A stretch of DNA of 64,000 bases from the human T2T-CHM13v2.0 reference genome, Homo sapiens, in assembly GCF_009914755.1 (NCBI RefSeq), contig NC_060925.1. One strand, 5' to 3'. Position numbers and translations under genes: made by a program. Positions 16,376 through 32,690 of this stretch are shown piece by piece (the first letter of the stretch is position 1; each line of letters opens with the position of its first letter). The notes under the pieces were generated by a model, which was given only the letters and a program-made list of their open reading frames with translations, made no database searches and was not told the origin of the DNA.

Positions 16376-17725
16376 GATTTACCTCATGGTTTCACTTTTG
16401 AAAACATTTTTAAGTGTCTGCATGGTGATGTTGGAGAAGATGGCAATTCCCCAACTTAAGCAAGGCTTCAGAAATATTTGTTTGGAAATTAAAAGACATA
16501 TCCTCTTGGACTAGGAAGAACAGAGGATTTGATGGAATGTATGAACAGACCAGATCCTACTAGACTCTTTTGGAGATGGAAAAAGATGCCTAGGATATTA
16601 GACAAGCCTCATGTGCCTGGTGGCTATAAGACCATATGTATTGTTCCTAAAAATGTGAAGGTTTTTTAAATTTCTCAGATTTTAAAATTATGTTTGAGAA
16701 TGTTCAAACACAAAAATGGGACAGAATAATGGGAATAATATTATAAATCCCCATCATACCCATCATCCTGATTACACAGTTATCAAGATGTTGACACATT
16801 TGTTTCATGTATCCTTCTCTTTACTTCTCCGTTTGCTGAATTATTTTAAAACAAAGTTTATCTATTACCTGAACCCATATATACATTTATGTACATCTCT
16901 TAGAAATACGGACTTTTAAACCTTTTTTACATAGCAATATAATACTTACCAAGTCACCAGTGATATCTTAACACACCAAGTTTTCAGCTGGAGGTGGTCC
17001 TGGGCCTGCTTCTTGGTTTGGTTTCACCAAGCAAAAGAGTAAGTCCCTGCTGAAGCCGAGGCAGTGCAATGGGGTCTGGAAGCCAAATTTCACCCTTCCA
17101 ATATGAGAACTATCCCTCACCCCTACTTGCCCCTCCACAGTATTATGAGGGTACCTGCATTGCAGTGCATAGAGGCGAAGGGACTGGGAGGCTGGTGGAG
17201 CATCATAGAAATTGGAGAGCAATGCAGATTGCTCATCATTTGGAAGTTGGCTTTATTATGTCTGCATCTAAGTTTTTCTTTTTCTTTTTTTCTGAGTGGA
17301 ATAGATCTCTAACATGCAGGTTTTGCAGTACAGGTGTCCAAGGTTGTATTCTTAAAAATAGGACAGCTACACTTTTCTATTTTTAAGAATAATACATTCC
17401 TCACACACCTAATGCTATGTAGTAGAAGCTTGGTGGGAGGGAGCCAGAGAGTGAAAAAAAGAGGGTCCCTGGAGAAGCTACAAGAAATAGTTGAGTTATT
17501 TGAAGTAGGCTCCATCCAGGTCTTTATGCATCAGGCCTCTGCCAGGCACTTCACATTTTATCTTAGCTACTTCTTGGTTATCTTGTCAGGCAAGTATTAT
17601 TATTATTTTGCTTCTAAAGGCTTAGAGAGGTCAAGTAGGTAAATTTCCCAGGGTCACACAATAAGTTAGTGATGTAGGTAGAATTCACAGCCAGAAACGA
17701 CTGATTCTAAAGTTTTCCTGCTTAT

Positions 17726-18333
17726 GGCTGCCCATGGTGGCTCACTCCTGTAGTCCCAGCACTTTGGGAGGCCAAGGAGGGAGGATCATTTCAGCCCAGG
17801 AGTTTAAGACCAGCCTGGCTAACATAAAGAAACCCCATCTCTACAAAAAATATAAAAATTAGCCCGGTGTGGTGGCACGTCCCTGTAGTCCTAGCTACTT
17901 GGGAGGCTGAGGTGGGAGGATCACCTGAGTTCAAGGAAGTTGAGGCTGCAGTGAGCTGAGATCATGCCACTGCACTCCAGCCTGGGCACAAAGTGAAACT
18001 CTGTCTAAATAAAATAAAATAAAATAGGCTGGGCACAGTGGCTCACGCCTGTAATCCCAGCACTTTGGGAGGCCAAGGTGGGCGGATCACAAGGTCAGGA
18101 GTTTGAGACCAGCCTGGCTAATATGGTGAAACCTCATCTCTACTAAAAGTACAAACATTAGCCGGGTGTGGTGGTGGGCACCTGTAGTCCCAGCTACTAG
18201 GAAGGCTGAGGGAGGAGAATCACTTGAACTCAGGAGGCAGAGATTTCAGTGAGCTGAGATCGCACCACTGCACTCCAGCCTGGGTGACAGAGCAAGACTC
18301 TGTCTCAAAATAAATAAATAAAATAAAATAAAA
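17726..18333 (+). mobile_element. Two tandem Alus (AluJ 17726-18025, AluS 18027-18333)
   Basis: Two full Alus; outer TSD TTTTCCTGCTT. Confidence 0.93.
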
Positions 18334-18539
18334 TTTTCCTGCTTCTATGCATGCATACCATATAACTGTGATTGCAAGACTATATTTTAAGGCCCAAATT
18401 ACTGTGCTGTGGAAAATACAGATTATATTTGTAGAAGTATTTACCATCTTTTTGATTTTTAAATAAGGGCTATAAAATTGTATTTAAATTTAGGTAGAAG
18501 TAGTAATCAAAATTAATAATCGTGATATTAAGAATAGTA

Positions 18540-18780
18540 GCAATCATTCATATAGTATTTATTTATGTGCCAGGTACTATTTTAAGGCTTTGCATATATT
18601 AACTCATTCAGTCTTTCCAACAACTTTGTAAGTTGAGTACCATTATTGTTCCCACTTCACAGATGGAGAAAGTGAGGTACAGAATGGTTAAGGAACTAGC
18701 CTGAGTTACATAGCTAGTAAATGGCAGAGCTGGGATTGCAGCCCTGACAAATTGGCACCAGAATCCATGTAGTATATCTC
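18540..18780 (-). mobile_element. MIR
   Basis: CCCACTTCACAGATGGAGAAAGTGAGGTACAGA…GCTAGTAAATGGCAGAGCTGGGATT. Confidence 0.8.
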
Positions 18781-19069
18781 CTAATAGCAATACAATGTGC
18801 GGAAATATAGATACACCGATTTTAAGATCAAGAAATAGATTCCACAAGAAGTGTAACTGCAGCAATCATGTGGACTTGATTTTATGGGGCAGCTGTGATC
18901 CAAAATATTCTAGGCAGTTGTCTGCACAAGGACACTTGTGTTTGTCGGATCATGTGCTCCCTAAACTGAAATGTGCTTGGCTCATATCCCATTGCTAAAT
19001 GTACTTGCATGTGTGATCCTGAATTTAACTGTTGTATTTGTTTCTTTACAGATTTATTTGAAACTCTGG

Positions 19070-19606
19070 TGTGGTGGTTAATACTAAGTGTCAACTTGAT
19101 TGGATTGAAGCATGCCAAACTATTGATCCTGGGTGTGTCTGTGAGAGTGTCACCAAAGGAGATTAACATTTAAGTCAGGGGGCTGGGGAAGACAGACCCA
19201 CCCTTAATCTGGTGGTCACAATCTAGTCAGCTGCCAGCTGCTATAAAGCAGGCAGAAAATCCTGAAAAGGCGAGACTGGCCTAGCCTCCCAGCCTCCATC
19301 TTTCTCCTGTGCTGGGTGCTTCCTGCTGTCAAACATCAGACTCCAAGTTCTTCAGTTTTGAGCTTTGGATTGGCTCTCCTTGCTCCTCAAGCTTGCAGTC
19401 AGCCTATTGTGGGACCTTCTGATCGTCTAAGTTAATACTTAATAAAATCCTATATATACACATATAGTTAGTGTGTGTGTGTATATATATATGTGTGTAT
19501 ATATGTGTATATATATGTGTATATATGTGTGTGTGTGTATATATATATATGTATATATACGTATATATAGTTAGTTCTGTCCCTCTAGGGAACTCTGACT
19601 AATACA
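19070..19606 (+). mobile_element. HERV-L 5' LTR (MLT2A1/A2)
   Basis: TGTGGTGGTTAATACTAAGTGTCAACTTGATTGGATTGAAG … CTGACTAATACA. Confidence 0.93.
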
Positions 19607-19699
19607 GATTTTAGTACCAGGAATGGTTCTAGAGGAACAGAATATTAAGGATGGAGTTCTTTCGTTGGTTTTTGGGTTTCTGGAGTTGGCTGCTTAATA

Positions 19700-21640
19700 T
19701 GATTACACCCAAAATTGCTAAGGACTCTACTTCTGATAGTGTGGAGAACACTGATAGTACTTGGTGTGAACTGTTTAGAGAAATGCATTTGGCACTCGGA
19801 TTCACTGCTCATGAGAGGCAAGAAGTTTAGTGACTCTATACATAATACCTTTGACCATATGTGGAGAACCAAGGAACATTATGAAGCTGGTTGGTTGCTC
19901 CTAAGTTCAGTGGACAAAGTGATGAAAGAAAATGATGAACTTAGGAATTCTGTCTCCTGGCTTCAGAAGCAGATATTGAGCCTCAAATCTGCTAAGATTG
20001 TCCTGAGTGAGAGTCTTGTTTTTTTTGAGACAGAGTCTTGCTCTGTCGCCTAGGCTGGAGTGCACTGGTGCAATCTCAGCTCACTGCAACCTCTGCTTCC
20101 GGGTTCAAGCGGTTCTCCTGCCTCAGCCTCCTGAGTAGCTGGGATTATAGGCATGCGCCACCATGCCCGGCTAATTTTTGTATTTTTAGTAGAGATGGGG
20201 TTTCACCATGTTGGTCAAGCTGGTCTTGAACTCCTGACCTTGTGATCCGCCTGCCTCAGCCTCCCAAAGTGCTAGGATTACAGGTGTGAGCCACCATGCC
20301 CCGCCTGAGTAAGAGTCTTATGTCCTGTAAAGAAAGAGTTGAAATTGTGGAAAAACAGACACAAGCTCTTATGTGAGTGACTGACATGCAATGAAAGGTG
20401 CATGCACAGCCTCACCAGGTGTCTACTGTTAAAGTGAGATTGATTGGAAAATAATGGGACCCTGCAACTTGGAATGGGGACATGTGGGAGGACCCTGATG
20501 AAGCTGGGGACACTGAGTTTGTAAACTCTGATGAACCTTGTTTGCCAGAAGAATCAGCTTTTCCATCTCCAGTAGTGGCAACATCCCCTCCCTGACACAT
20601 GCTGCCATCAGCCTTTGCACCTTTGTCTGAGTAGATGAACCCTGTGCTGCCTGATGTTACAGTGATGGCCTCTCCTGAGACAGTTGCCAGGCAAAAAAAA
20701 GTGTTGATTCTCCTCAGGAGCCACCCCCAACACCCCTGTTTGCTTCTAGACCTATAATTAGACTAAAGTCCTAGTGAGCCCCTAGAGGTGAGGTTCAGAG
20801 TGTGAACTATGAGGTGGTGTGCTATACTCAAAAAGAACTGCTTGAGTTTTCTAATTTATATAAACAGAAATCTGGAGAACAGGCATGGGAATGAATATTA
20901 AGGGTATGGGATAATGGTGGAAGAAACATAGAGTTGGATCAGGCTGAATTTATTGATTTGGGCCCACTAAATAGGGACTCTACATTTAATGTTGCAGCTC
21001 AGGGAGTTTAAAAAGGTTCTAATAGTTTATTTGCTTGGTTAGCTGAAAGATGGATTAAAAGATGGCCCACTGTGAATGAGCTGGAAATGCCTGATCTCCC
21101 TTGGTTTAATGTAGAGGAAGGGATCCCAAGGCTTAGGGAGATTGGGATGGTGGAGTGGACTAGTCACTTTAGACCCACTCATCCCAGCTGGGAGGGTCCA
21201 GAAGATGTACCCTTAGACCAACTCTTTGCGAAATAGATTTGTGAGGGCAGCACCTGCATCTTTGAAGAGCCCTGTAATTGCTCTTCTCTGTATGTCAGAT
21301 CTAACAGTGGAAACTGCAGGCACCCAACTGAAAATTTAAATACAATGGGAATAATTGGATCCTGAGGTGGTAGGGACCAAGTGGTGGCACTCAACCGTCA
21401 AAGGCAAGGTGGGTGTAGCTACTCTAATGGGCAGCAGAGACAAAGCAGCAATAAGAATAGTCTGACTCATGAAGAGCTCTGGCATTGGCTAATTAATCAC
21501 GGTGTTCCTAGAAGTGAAATTGTTAGGAAGCCTACTGCATTCCTACTTAATTTATGTAAGCAGAAAACTTTCAGGTCGAATGGACTGAAGACTAATTTGA
21601 ATTATAAAAACAGAGAATGACAGCACCTCAATCAATTTCC
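19700..21640 (+). pseudogene. HERV-L gag remnant (stops, frameshifts, Alu insertion)
   Basis: Fragments HNTFDHMWRTKEHYEAGWLLLSSVDKVMKENDELR and LWHWLINHGVPRSEI. Confidence 0.85.
20018..20305 (-). mobile_element. Alu (AluS) inserted in HERV-L gag
   Basis: TSD TGAGTGAGAGTCTT / TGAGTAAGAGTCTT. Confidence 0.95.
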
Positions 21641-21644
21641 AGAC

Positions 21645-24600
21645 TTGAGCCAGTTCACAGACCCAGAACCCCTTGAAGGAAGGGGAGTCCGGGTCCTCTT
21701 GAGGAAGGACCCCACTACATTACCGACAACTTATGCAGTGAATTTTTCTCCCACCCTTCCCCAAGGAGACCTCCAGCCTTTTACCAGGGTAATTGTGCAC
21801 TGGGGAAAGGGAAATGATCAGACATTTCGGGGACTACTGGACACTGGCTCCAAGAGCTGACATTGATTCCAGAGGACCCAAAACATCATATGTGGTTCTC
21901 CAGTTAAAGTAGGGACTTCTAGGGGTCAGTTAATTAATGGAGTTTTAGCTCATGTCTGACTTACAGTGGGTCCCTGGACTCATCCTGTGGTCATTTCCCC
22001 TGTGCCATAATGGATAATTGGCATAGACAGACTTAGCAGCTAGCAGAACCTCTGCACTGGCTCCCTGACTGGTAGGGTGAGGGCTATTATGTTGGGAAAG
22101 GCCAAATAGAAGCCATTAGAGCTGCCTCTACCTAGAAAAATAGTAAATCAAAAACAATACCACATCCCTGGAGGGGCTGCAGAGATTAGTACCACCATCA
22201 AGGACTTGAAAGGTGCAGGGGTGGTGATTCCCACCACATCCCCATTCAACTCTTGCATTTGGGCTGTGCAGAAGACGGATGGATCTTGGAGAATGACAGT
22301 GGATTATCATTAAGTTTAACCAAGCACTGACTCCAATTGCAGCTGCTGTACCAGATGTGGTTTCATTGCTTGAGCAAATTAACATATCTCCTGGTACCTG
22401 GTATAAGCCATTAACTTGGCAAATGCCTTTTTCTCCATTCCTGTCCAAAAGGTTCACCAGAAGCAATTTGCCTTCAGCTGGCAAGGCCAGCAGTATACCT
22501 TTACTGTCCTACCTCAGGGGCATATCGACTCTCCAGCTTTGTGTCAGAATCTTATTCGAAGAGACCTTGATCGGTTTTTGCTTCTGTAATATATCACACT
22601 AGTCCGTTATGTTGATGGCATTATGCTGATTGGATCCAAGGAGCAAGAAGTCACTGGACTTACTGGTGAGACATTTGCATGCCAGAAGATGGGAAATAAA
22701 TCTGACTAAAATTCAGGGATCTTCTACCTTAGTAAAATTTCTAGAGGTCCAGTGGTGTGGGGCCTGGCGAAATATTCCTTCTAAGTTGAAGGGTAAGTTA
22801 CTGCATTTGGCCCCTCCTACAACCAAGAAGGAGGCACAACACCTAGTGGGCCTATCCAGATTTTGGAGGCAACACATTCCATATTTGGGTGTGTTACTCT
22901 GACCCATTTATTGAGTGATCCGAAAGGCTGCCAGTTTTGAGTGGGGTTCAGAACAGGAGAAGGCTCGGCAACAGGTCCAGGCTGCTGTGAAAGCTGCACT
23001 GCCACTTGGGCCATATGACTCACCAGATCCAATGGTGCTTGAGGTGTCAGTGGCAGATAGGGATGCTGTGTGGAGTCTTTTGCAAGCCCCCATAGGTGAA
23101 TCACAGTAAAGGCCTCTAGGATTTTGGAACAGGGCCCTGCCATCTTCTGCAGATAATTACTCTCCTTTTGAGAGACAGCTCTTGTCTTGTTACTGGGCTT
23201 TAGTGGAAACTGATTGACTATGGCTCATGAAGTCACCATGCATCCTAAACTGCCTATCATGAACTGGGTGCTTTCTGGCCCATCTAGTTATAAAGTGAGT
23301 CGTGTACAGCAGCATTCCATCATCAAATGGAAGTGGCATATATGTGGTCAGGCTTGAGCAGGTCCTGAAGGCACAAATAAGTTACATGAGAAAGTGGCTC
23401 AAATGCCCATGGTCTCCACTCCTGCCACCCTGCCTTCTCTTCTCCAGCCTGCACCGATGGCCTCATGGGGAGTTCCCTATGATCAGTTGACAGAGGAAGA
23501 GAAGACTAGGGCCTGGTTCACAGATGGTTCTGCATGATATGCAGGCACCACCTGAAAGTGGACAGCTGCAGCACTACAGCCCCTTTCTAGGACATCCCTA
23601 AAGGACAGCGGTGAAGCCAAATCTTCCCAGTGGGCAGCACTTCAAGCAGTGCATCTGGTTGCGCACTTTGCCTGGAAGTAGAAATGGCCAGATGTGCAAT
23701 TATACACTGATTAATGGGCTGTAGCCAATGGTTTGGCTGGATGGTCAGGGACTTGGAAGAAGCATGATTGGAAAATTGGTGACAAAGAAATTTGGGGAAG
23801 AGGTATGTTGATGGGCCTCTCTGAGTGGTGAAAAACTGTGAAGACATTTGCATACCATGTGAGTGCTCACCAATGGATGATTTCAGCAGAGGAGGATTTT
23901 AATAATCAAGTGGATAACCCCTTCTGTGGATGCCACTCAGCCTCTTTCCCCCAGCCACCCCTGTCATCGCCCAATGGGCCCATGAACAAAGTGGCCATGG
24001 GGGCAGGAATGGAGGTTACGGATGGGCTCAACAAAATGGACTTCCACTCACGAAGGCTGACTTGACTACAGCTACTGCTGAATGCCCAATTTGCCACCAG
24101 CAGAGACCAACACTGAGCCCTTGATATGGCACCATTCCTTGGGGTGATCAGCCAGCCACCTGGTGGCAGGTTGATTATATTGGACCTCTTCCATCATGGA
24201 AAGGGCAGAGGTTTGTCCTCACTAGAATAGACACTTACTCCAGATATGGGTTTGTCTATCCTGCACGCAATGCTTCTGCCAAGACTAACACCCGTGGACT
24301 CACAGAGTGCCTTATCCACTGTCGTGATATTCCACACAGCATTGCCTCTGACCAAGGCACTCACTTTATGGCTAAAGAAGTGCAGCAGTGGGCTTATGCT
24401 CACGGAATTCACTGGCCTTACCTTGTTCCCCATCATCCTGAAGCAGCTGGATTGACAGAATGGTGGAATGACCTTTTGAAGTCACAATTACGACGCCAAC
24501 TAGGTGACAAAACTTTGCAGGCCTGGGGCAAAGTTCTCCAGAAGGCCGTGTGTGCTCTGAATCAGTATCCAATGTATGGTACTGTTTTTCCCATACCCAG

Positions 24601-25210
24601 GATTCATGCGTCCAGGAATCAAGGGGAGGAAGTGGAAGTGGCACCACTCACCATCACCCCTAGTGATCCACTAGCAACATTTTTGCTTCCTGTTCCTGCG
24701 ACATTACTTTCTGCTGGCCTAGAGGTCTTAGTTCCAGAGGGAGGTACGCTGCCACCAGGAGACACAACACTGATTTCATTAAATTGGAAGTTAAGATTGC
24801 CACCTGGACACTTTGGGCTCCTGCTACCTTTAAGTCAACAGGCTAAGAAGGAAGTTACAGTGTTGGCTGCGGTGATTGATCCAGACTATCAAGATTAAAT
24901 CAATATACTACTCCATAATGGAGGTAAGGAAGAGTATGCATGGAATACAGGAGATCCATTAGGGTGTCTCTTAGTATTACCATGCCCTGTGATAAAGGTC
25001 AATGGGAAACTACAACAGTTCAATCCAGGCAGGACTACAAATGGCCCAGACCCCTCAGGGATGAAGGTTTGGGTCACTCCACTAGGAAAGAAACCACAGC
25101 CTGCTGAGGTGCTTGCTGAAGGCAAAGAAAATATCAAATGGGTAGTAGAAGAATGTAGTCATCAAGACCAGCTACTACCACATGACCAGCTGCAGCAACG
25201 AGGAATATAG
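21645..25210 (+). pseudogene. HERV-L protease-RT-RNaseH-integrase-dUTPase remnant
   Basis: LLDTGS protease motif; RT catalytic motif degraded to YVDG (22608-22619); integrase H-H-CPIC zinc motif; dUTPase LKLRLPPGHFGLL-type segment …VIDPDYQ in ORF 24368-24898. Confidence 0.9.
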
Positions 25211-25521
25211 CTCTCATGAATATTTCTCCCTTCTTTTGTTAAAAAACATGTTTGTGCGTGTATACACTTCACTAAGAAAATATCCTCATTTTATTTCCTT
25301 TTCCTTTATCTTGTGACATAAGATTTATTGACTTCATGGCAGCATTTAAGTATCGTTAACTTTATGTAAGAGTATTTGGATTGGGGATTGGTGCATTTCC
25401 GGTTGTACAAAGGATAGTTGTATTATGTTAGGGGTAATTATGACCTTATTATTGTCTTTATTTGAAGATTATGTATGATCTCAAGAGATGCATATGGGTT
25501 CAAGTTGACAAGGGGTGGACT

Positions 25522-26114
25522 TGTGATGGTTAATACTGAGTGTCAACTTGGTTGGATTGAAGGATGCAAAGTATTGTTCCTGGGTGTGTCTGTGAGGGTG
25601 TCGCCAGAGATTAACATTTAAGTCAGGGGGCTGGGGAAGACAGACCTACCCTTAATCTGGTGGGCACAATCTAGTCAGCTGCCAGTGAACATAATGCAGG
25701 CAGAAAAACCTGAAAAGGTGAGACTGGCCTAGGCTCCCAGCCTCCATCTTTCTCCCATGCTGGATGTTTCCTGCTCAAACATCAGACTCCAAGTTCTTCA
25801 GTTTTGAGACTCGGACTGACTCTCCTTGCTCCTTAAGCTTGCAGACAGCCTATTGTGGGACCTTCTGATCATGTAAGTTAATACTTAATAAACTCCCCTT
25901 TATATATATATATATATATAATATATATATTATATATTATATATATATTATATATATTATATATAATATATGTATAATATATAATATATATAATATATAT
26001 TATATATTACATATATTATACATATAATATATATATATAATATTTATATATATATGTATGTATGTATCCTGTCTCCTATTAGTTCTGTCCCTCTAGGGAA
26101 CCCTGACTAATACA
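25522..26114 (+). mobile_element. HERV-L 3' LTR (MLT2A1/A2)
   Basis: TGTGATGGTTAATACTGAGTGTCAAC … CCCTGACTAATACA; homologous to the 5' LTR. Confidence 0.93.
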
Positions 26115-26621
26115 TCTGGTTTCCCAATATTGGTGGATTGTCTTCCAGGTGAGAATAAATCTAACTTTTCATTGGGAAAAGCCAGCAGTTTCTCCAAGTG
26201 CTGGGAGGTAGAATATAGTCTTAAAACATTAATAATCTATAAATAGAAAATATTAACTGTTGTCTCCTCACAGATTTGGGGAGGAATATTGCTAGAAATT
26301 AATTCACTTCTTAATTCAATTTTCAGTGAGCAGTGGTTTTCTTTTAGACCTAAACTGCTCTTATAAAAACAGCAAAACTCATAAGTGGAGAGGGAGGCCA
26401 GGGGATGGGGATGATAAAAGAAAATAAGAAAAAAACAAAACAAAACAACCCTAAAGGTTTCACATTAATAGCTTGTGACTTTTAAAATTAATATCTTTTT
26501 CCAAAAAGATATGATTTTGCATTAAGTATACGACTTCAAAACTTTTGCCACACTATTTAGTGTTGTTTTATCATACATCCTGTAGTTAATATTTTCCACG
26601 AAATAACAACTTTCTCATTTC

Positions 26622-26817
26622 AGTTCTCCAGCCTCAGCCTCCCCAGTAGCTGGGATTACAGGCGCCTGCCACCATGTCCAGCAAATTTTTGTATTTTTAG
26701 TAGAGACAGGGTTTCACAATATTGGCTAGGGTAGTCTGGAACTCCTGACCTCAAGTGATCCAGCTGCCTCGGCCTCCCAAAGTGCTGGGATTACAGGCAT
26801 GAGCCACCGCGCCCAGG
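26622..26817 (-). mobile_element. Partial Alu
   Basis: Left arm plus part of the right arm, no tail. Confidence 0.85.
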
Positions 26818-27450
26818 CTCAAGTACGCTTATTTTAGTCTAGATAAGGTTTGCCTTTTGCCTTTAAAGTCCTATTAATCAAGTGCCCTGATGAGCTACTG
26901 GGGGAAAATGAGAAGGTAGAGTATGTTCATATTCATGTGACCTGTTACTTTCTTAAAGAATGAATTTTCGTATTACGTTTTTATTGCTTCCGTGAATATC
27001 ACGTGCTAAAAGCCTTATTGTGTAAAATGAGTACCTCTTTGCAGATTATATAATATTATTTGAATCTTAAAACTCTGAAAGTACTAATTATAAAGTGTGG
27101 TCATGTGATGAGAAAATAAAACTGCTTCTCTTATTACTGTATTGCATTGCTCACAACATTATAAATTGATACAACCCTTTTAAAAAAGCAAGTTTGCAAT
27201 ACTCCAAAAATGATTCAGCTTTTACAGCTCCATGAGCCAGTAATTCCACTTTTGAGAACTGAAATGAGGAAATAATCTAAAATATGGAATGCTATGTTCA
27301 TGAAAATGTCCATTGTCATGTTATTTATAATAATATAAAATTGGAAGCAAGAAGAAAAAAATTGGAAGCAAGGTAAATGCTAAAAATAGAAAACTTGTAA
27401 CTTTAGTTATAATATAAAACAGGAAGCAACCTTTATGTTTGAAATACAGG

Positions 27451-27818
<368 letters not shown>

Positions 27819-27822
27819 TTAG

Positions 27823-28158
<336 letters not shown>

Positions 28159-28393
28159 CACACACACAGTTTTAGAGGTAGTATTTGGTTCACTATAAAA
28201 AACACAGGGGACTTTTATTGGGGTGGGTTTTTTTCAAGTTAAAAAAGAAGTTGACCTGAATGTACATTTGCTATTAAAACACACAATGGGTTAGCCGTCT
28301 TCCACTGAATTAAATTACTTTAGTCTATAGAATTTGCATCAAATGTAGTATAAAAGCTGCATAAAAGTTCATGCTGCTTTTTGCATTCATCTG

Positions 28394-30452
<2,059 letters not shown>

Positions 30453-31589
30453 TAAACAATGCTGTTGTGAACATTCTTGTGAACATTTATATATTTGAAT
30501 GGTAAATACCATGAAATCAGGGAATCAAAGGGCATATGCAGATAACATTTTGTTCAATATTGTGAAATTGCCTGCCAGAGATACACTAATTTATACTCTG
30601 GTCAACATCACTCCTAAAAAAGTGCCCATTTCCCCATATTTGGGCAGCAGGGGCTGACTGAGACATCCATTCAATATCGTTTTAGACCTAGAACCAAACC
30701 CTGATTAGAAATATCTGCTTACCAAGCAAAAGGAAGAGGGATGTACCATTCCTGCCTTTTTGACTTTTTATTTATTCAATTAAAAAATTTTGAACACTTT
30801 ATTTATTTATATAAAAGGCTGTGAGAACATTGCTAAAGTGCATTTCAGTACCTCTCCTGTTGTTTCATATGTTCCTTCTCTATTTTATTTTTCTCCTTTG
30901 CACTTAGTAACTACTATCTTTAACTTATTTGTTAATAGAAGTATAGAATATAGGAATATAGAATAATATACATTTACTTTTACATTATTAAGCTCATATG
31001 CTTAAGATGTTATTTTATAAGTTTTTCTTCCTCTTAATATTTCTTTGAGATAGCTTCTTGGCTGTACAGAAATTTCCTCCTCATTCATTTTAACTTCTAC
31101 TTAGCCTGACATATTTCAGATGTACCTTCATATATTTATCCCTTCTCATATTAATATCCATTTAGGATTGTCTTTGATCATTCCTGACTTTTAAGACAGC
31201 AAATTCCAAGCTTTTGTGCATGTGTGTGCATATGGATATGTATGTAGGCACAACATGGCTTAAATATGCCACTACTCTATTGAATCTAGTTGTTTTGGAG
31301 CCCCAGGAGCTAAGTGCAGTTCTGAGTCCTGTATCCTGGCATTGGGCTTCAAGAGATCAGACAGAGTCCCATTTTGTTGATTAGCTGAAGCCCCAAGCAA
31401 AGATGCTTTAGCAACCTGGCTTATGTAACTCTGAGACATGCTCATTGTATTTGCAGTTTTAGTAGCAATGTTTGGCATTTCAGGAAAGTATTAATAAGTG
31501 AAAGACATTGACCAAAAAGAGACCCAAGGTTAAAAACAAAACAAACAACAATAACAATAATGGTGTTCTAAGGGTCAATCTCAATTGGC

Positions 31590-32110
31590 AGAAATTCATT
31601 CACTGAAGAAACATTTATTGAGTGTTTCAATATGCCTGACTCTGCCCTGGGAGATAACAATGGTGAAAAGAACAGTAAAAATCCCTGTCCTCACTGAACA
31701 TATTGGGAAGGGAAATGGACAATAAATTAAATGAGAAAAACATATTGTGAGTTAGATAGTGATCAGTGCTAAGAAGAAAAATAAGGCAGGAAAAGGAAAT
31801 GGAAAGAGCCAGGATTTACAGATGAGTTCTCCTCAAGTGATAATTGAGTAAAGATCTGAGGTAGTTAGGTGCATGTTGGAGGAAAAGCATTCCAGGCAGA
31901 GGGAACTGCAAAGGCAAAGGACTCAAGCTGGAGCATGCCTGGTGTTCAGGGATTGGCAGAGGCCAGTGGCCAGAGTGTGCTGAGGGAAAAGGAGGGTAGC
32001 AGGAGATGAGGTTAGAGAAGAACAGGGGCCAGATCATGCAGGGACTTGAAGTTTGTGGTGACAAATTTAGCTTTAACTCTGACTGAGATAGTCACTGAAG
32101 GGTTTTGAGC
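31590..32110 (+). mobile_element. L2 fragment (element orientation antisense to the plus strand)
   Basis: ATTCATTCACTGAAGAAACATTTATTGAGTG…AGCATTCCAGGCAGAGGGAACTGCAAAGGCAAAGG…GGGGCCAGATCATGCAGGG. Confidence 0.8.
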
Positions 32111-32387
32111 AGACAAGTCTCAGGAGCCTTTGAAATGATCACTTCCCAGTATGGAGCATGACACTACTGTTTTACGGGGAGAAAGACATTCCAGAGAGAA
32201 GAATTTTAGAAAACTGAACAGTTTTCATGAGTTTTATATTCTTTCATGCATGTATGGGTGAGCAGAATGCTTCAAGAATAATTATAAAAGTGGTTTGATA
32301 GTAATTACTGGAATTTATACAGAAAATGGACTTATGATGCTTAGAAGGTATAGTACAGAGGATTCAGCTAAAGTAGGATGTTTTAAC

Positions 32388-32690
32388 TTTTTATTTATCT
32401 ATTTGCTTATTTATTTATTTATTTGGAGATGGAGTCTCGCTCTGTTGTCCAGGCTGGAGTGTAGTGGCATGATCTCAGCTCACTGCAACCTCTGCTGGGT
32501 TCAAGCAATTCTCCTGCCTCAGCCTCCTGAGTGACTGGGACTACAGGCACCTGCCGCCATGCCCGGCTAATTTTTTGTATTTTAGTAGAGACAGGGTTTC
32601 ACTGCGTTGTCCAGGCTGGTCTCGAACTCCTGAGCCCAGGCAGTCTGCCTGCCTCGGCCTCCCAAAGTGCTAGGATGACAGACATGAGCC
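32388..32690 (-). mobile_element. Alu
   Basis: TSD AGGATGTTTTAACTTTTT / AGGAAGTTTATACTTTTT. Confidence 0.93.

Larger units (their letters stand above)
19070..26114 (+). mobile_element. Full-length HERV-L (ERVL) provirus with two MLT2A LTRs
   Basis: TG…CA LTRs at both ends; perfect TSD TCTGG (19065-19069 / 26115-26119); PBS-like region after 19606; PPT AAGGGGTGGACT 25510-25521; gag, pol and dUTPase remnants; no env. Confidence 0.96.

Noticed and set aside
16968-17386. Overlapping ORFs in a GC-richer unique patch
   Set aside because: No recognisable protein or RNA family; length is within chance expectation.
31272-31478. 68-aa minus-strand ORF in apparently unique sequence
   Set aside because: No recognisable homology, splice signals or retrocopy hallmarks.
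32111-32257. Exon-like plus-strand segment ending TGG|GTGAGC with a 36-codon open frame (MEHDTTVLRG…)
   Set aside because: Weak acceptor abutting an L2, an in-frame TGA upstream and no recognisable homology; worth revisiting only if the lost-gene model holds.
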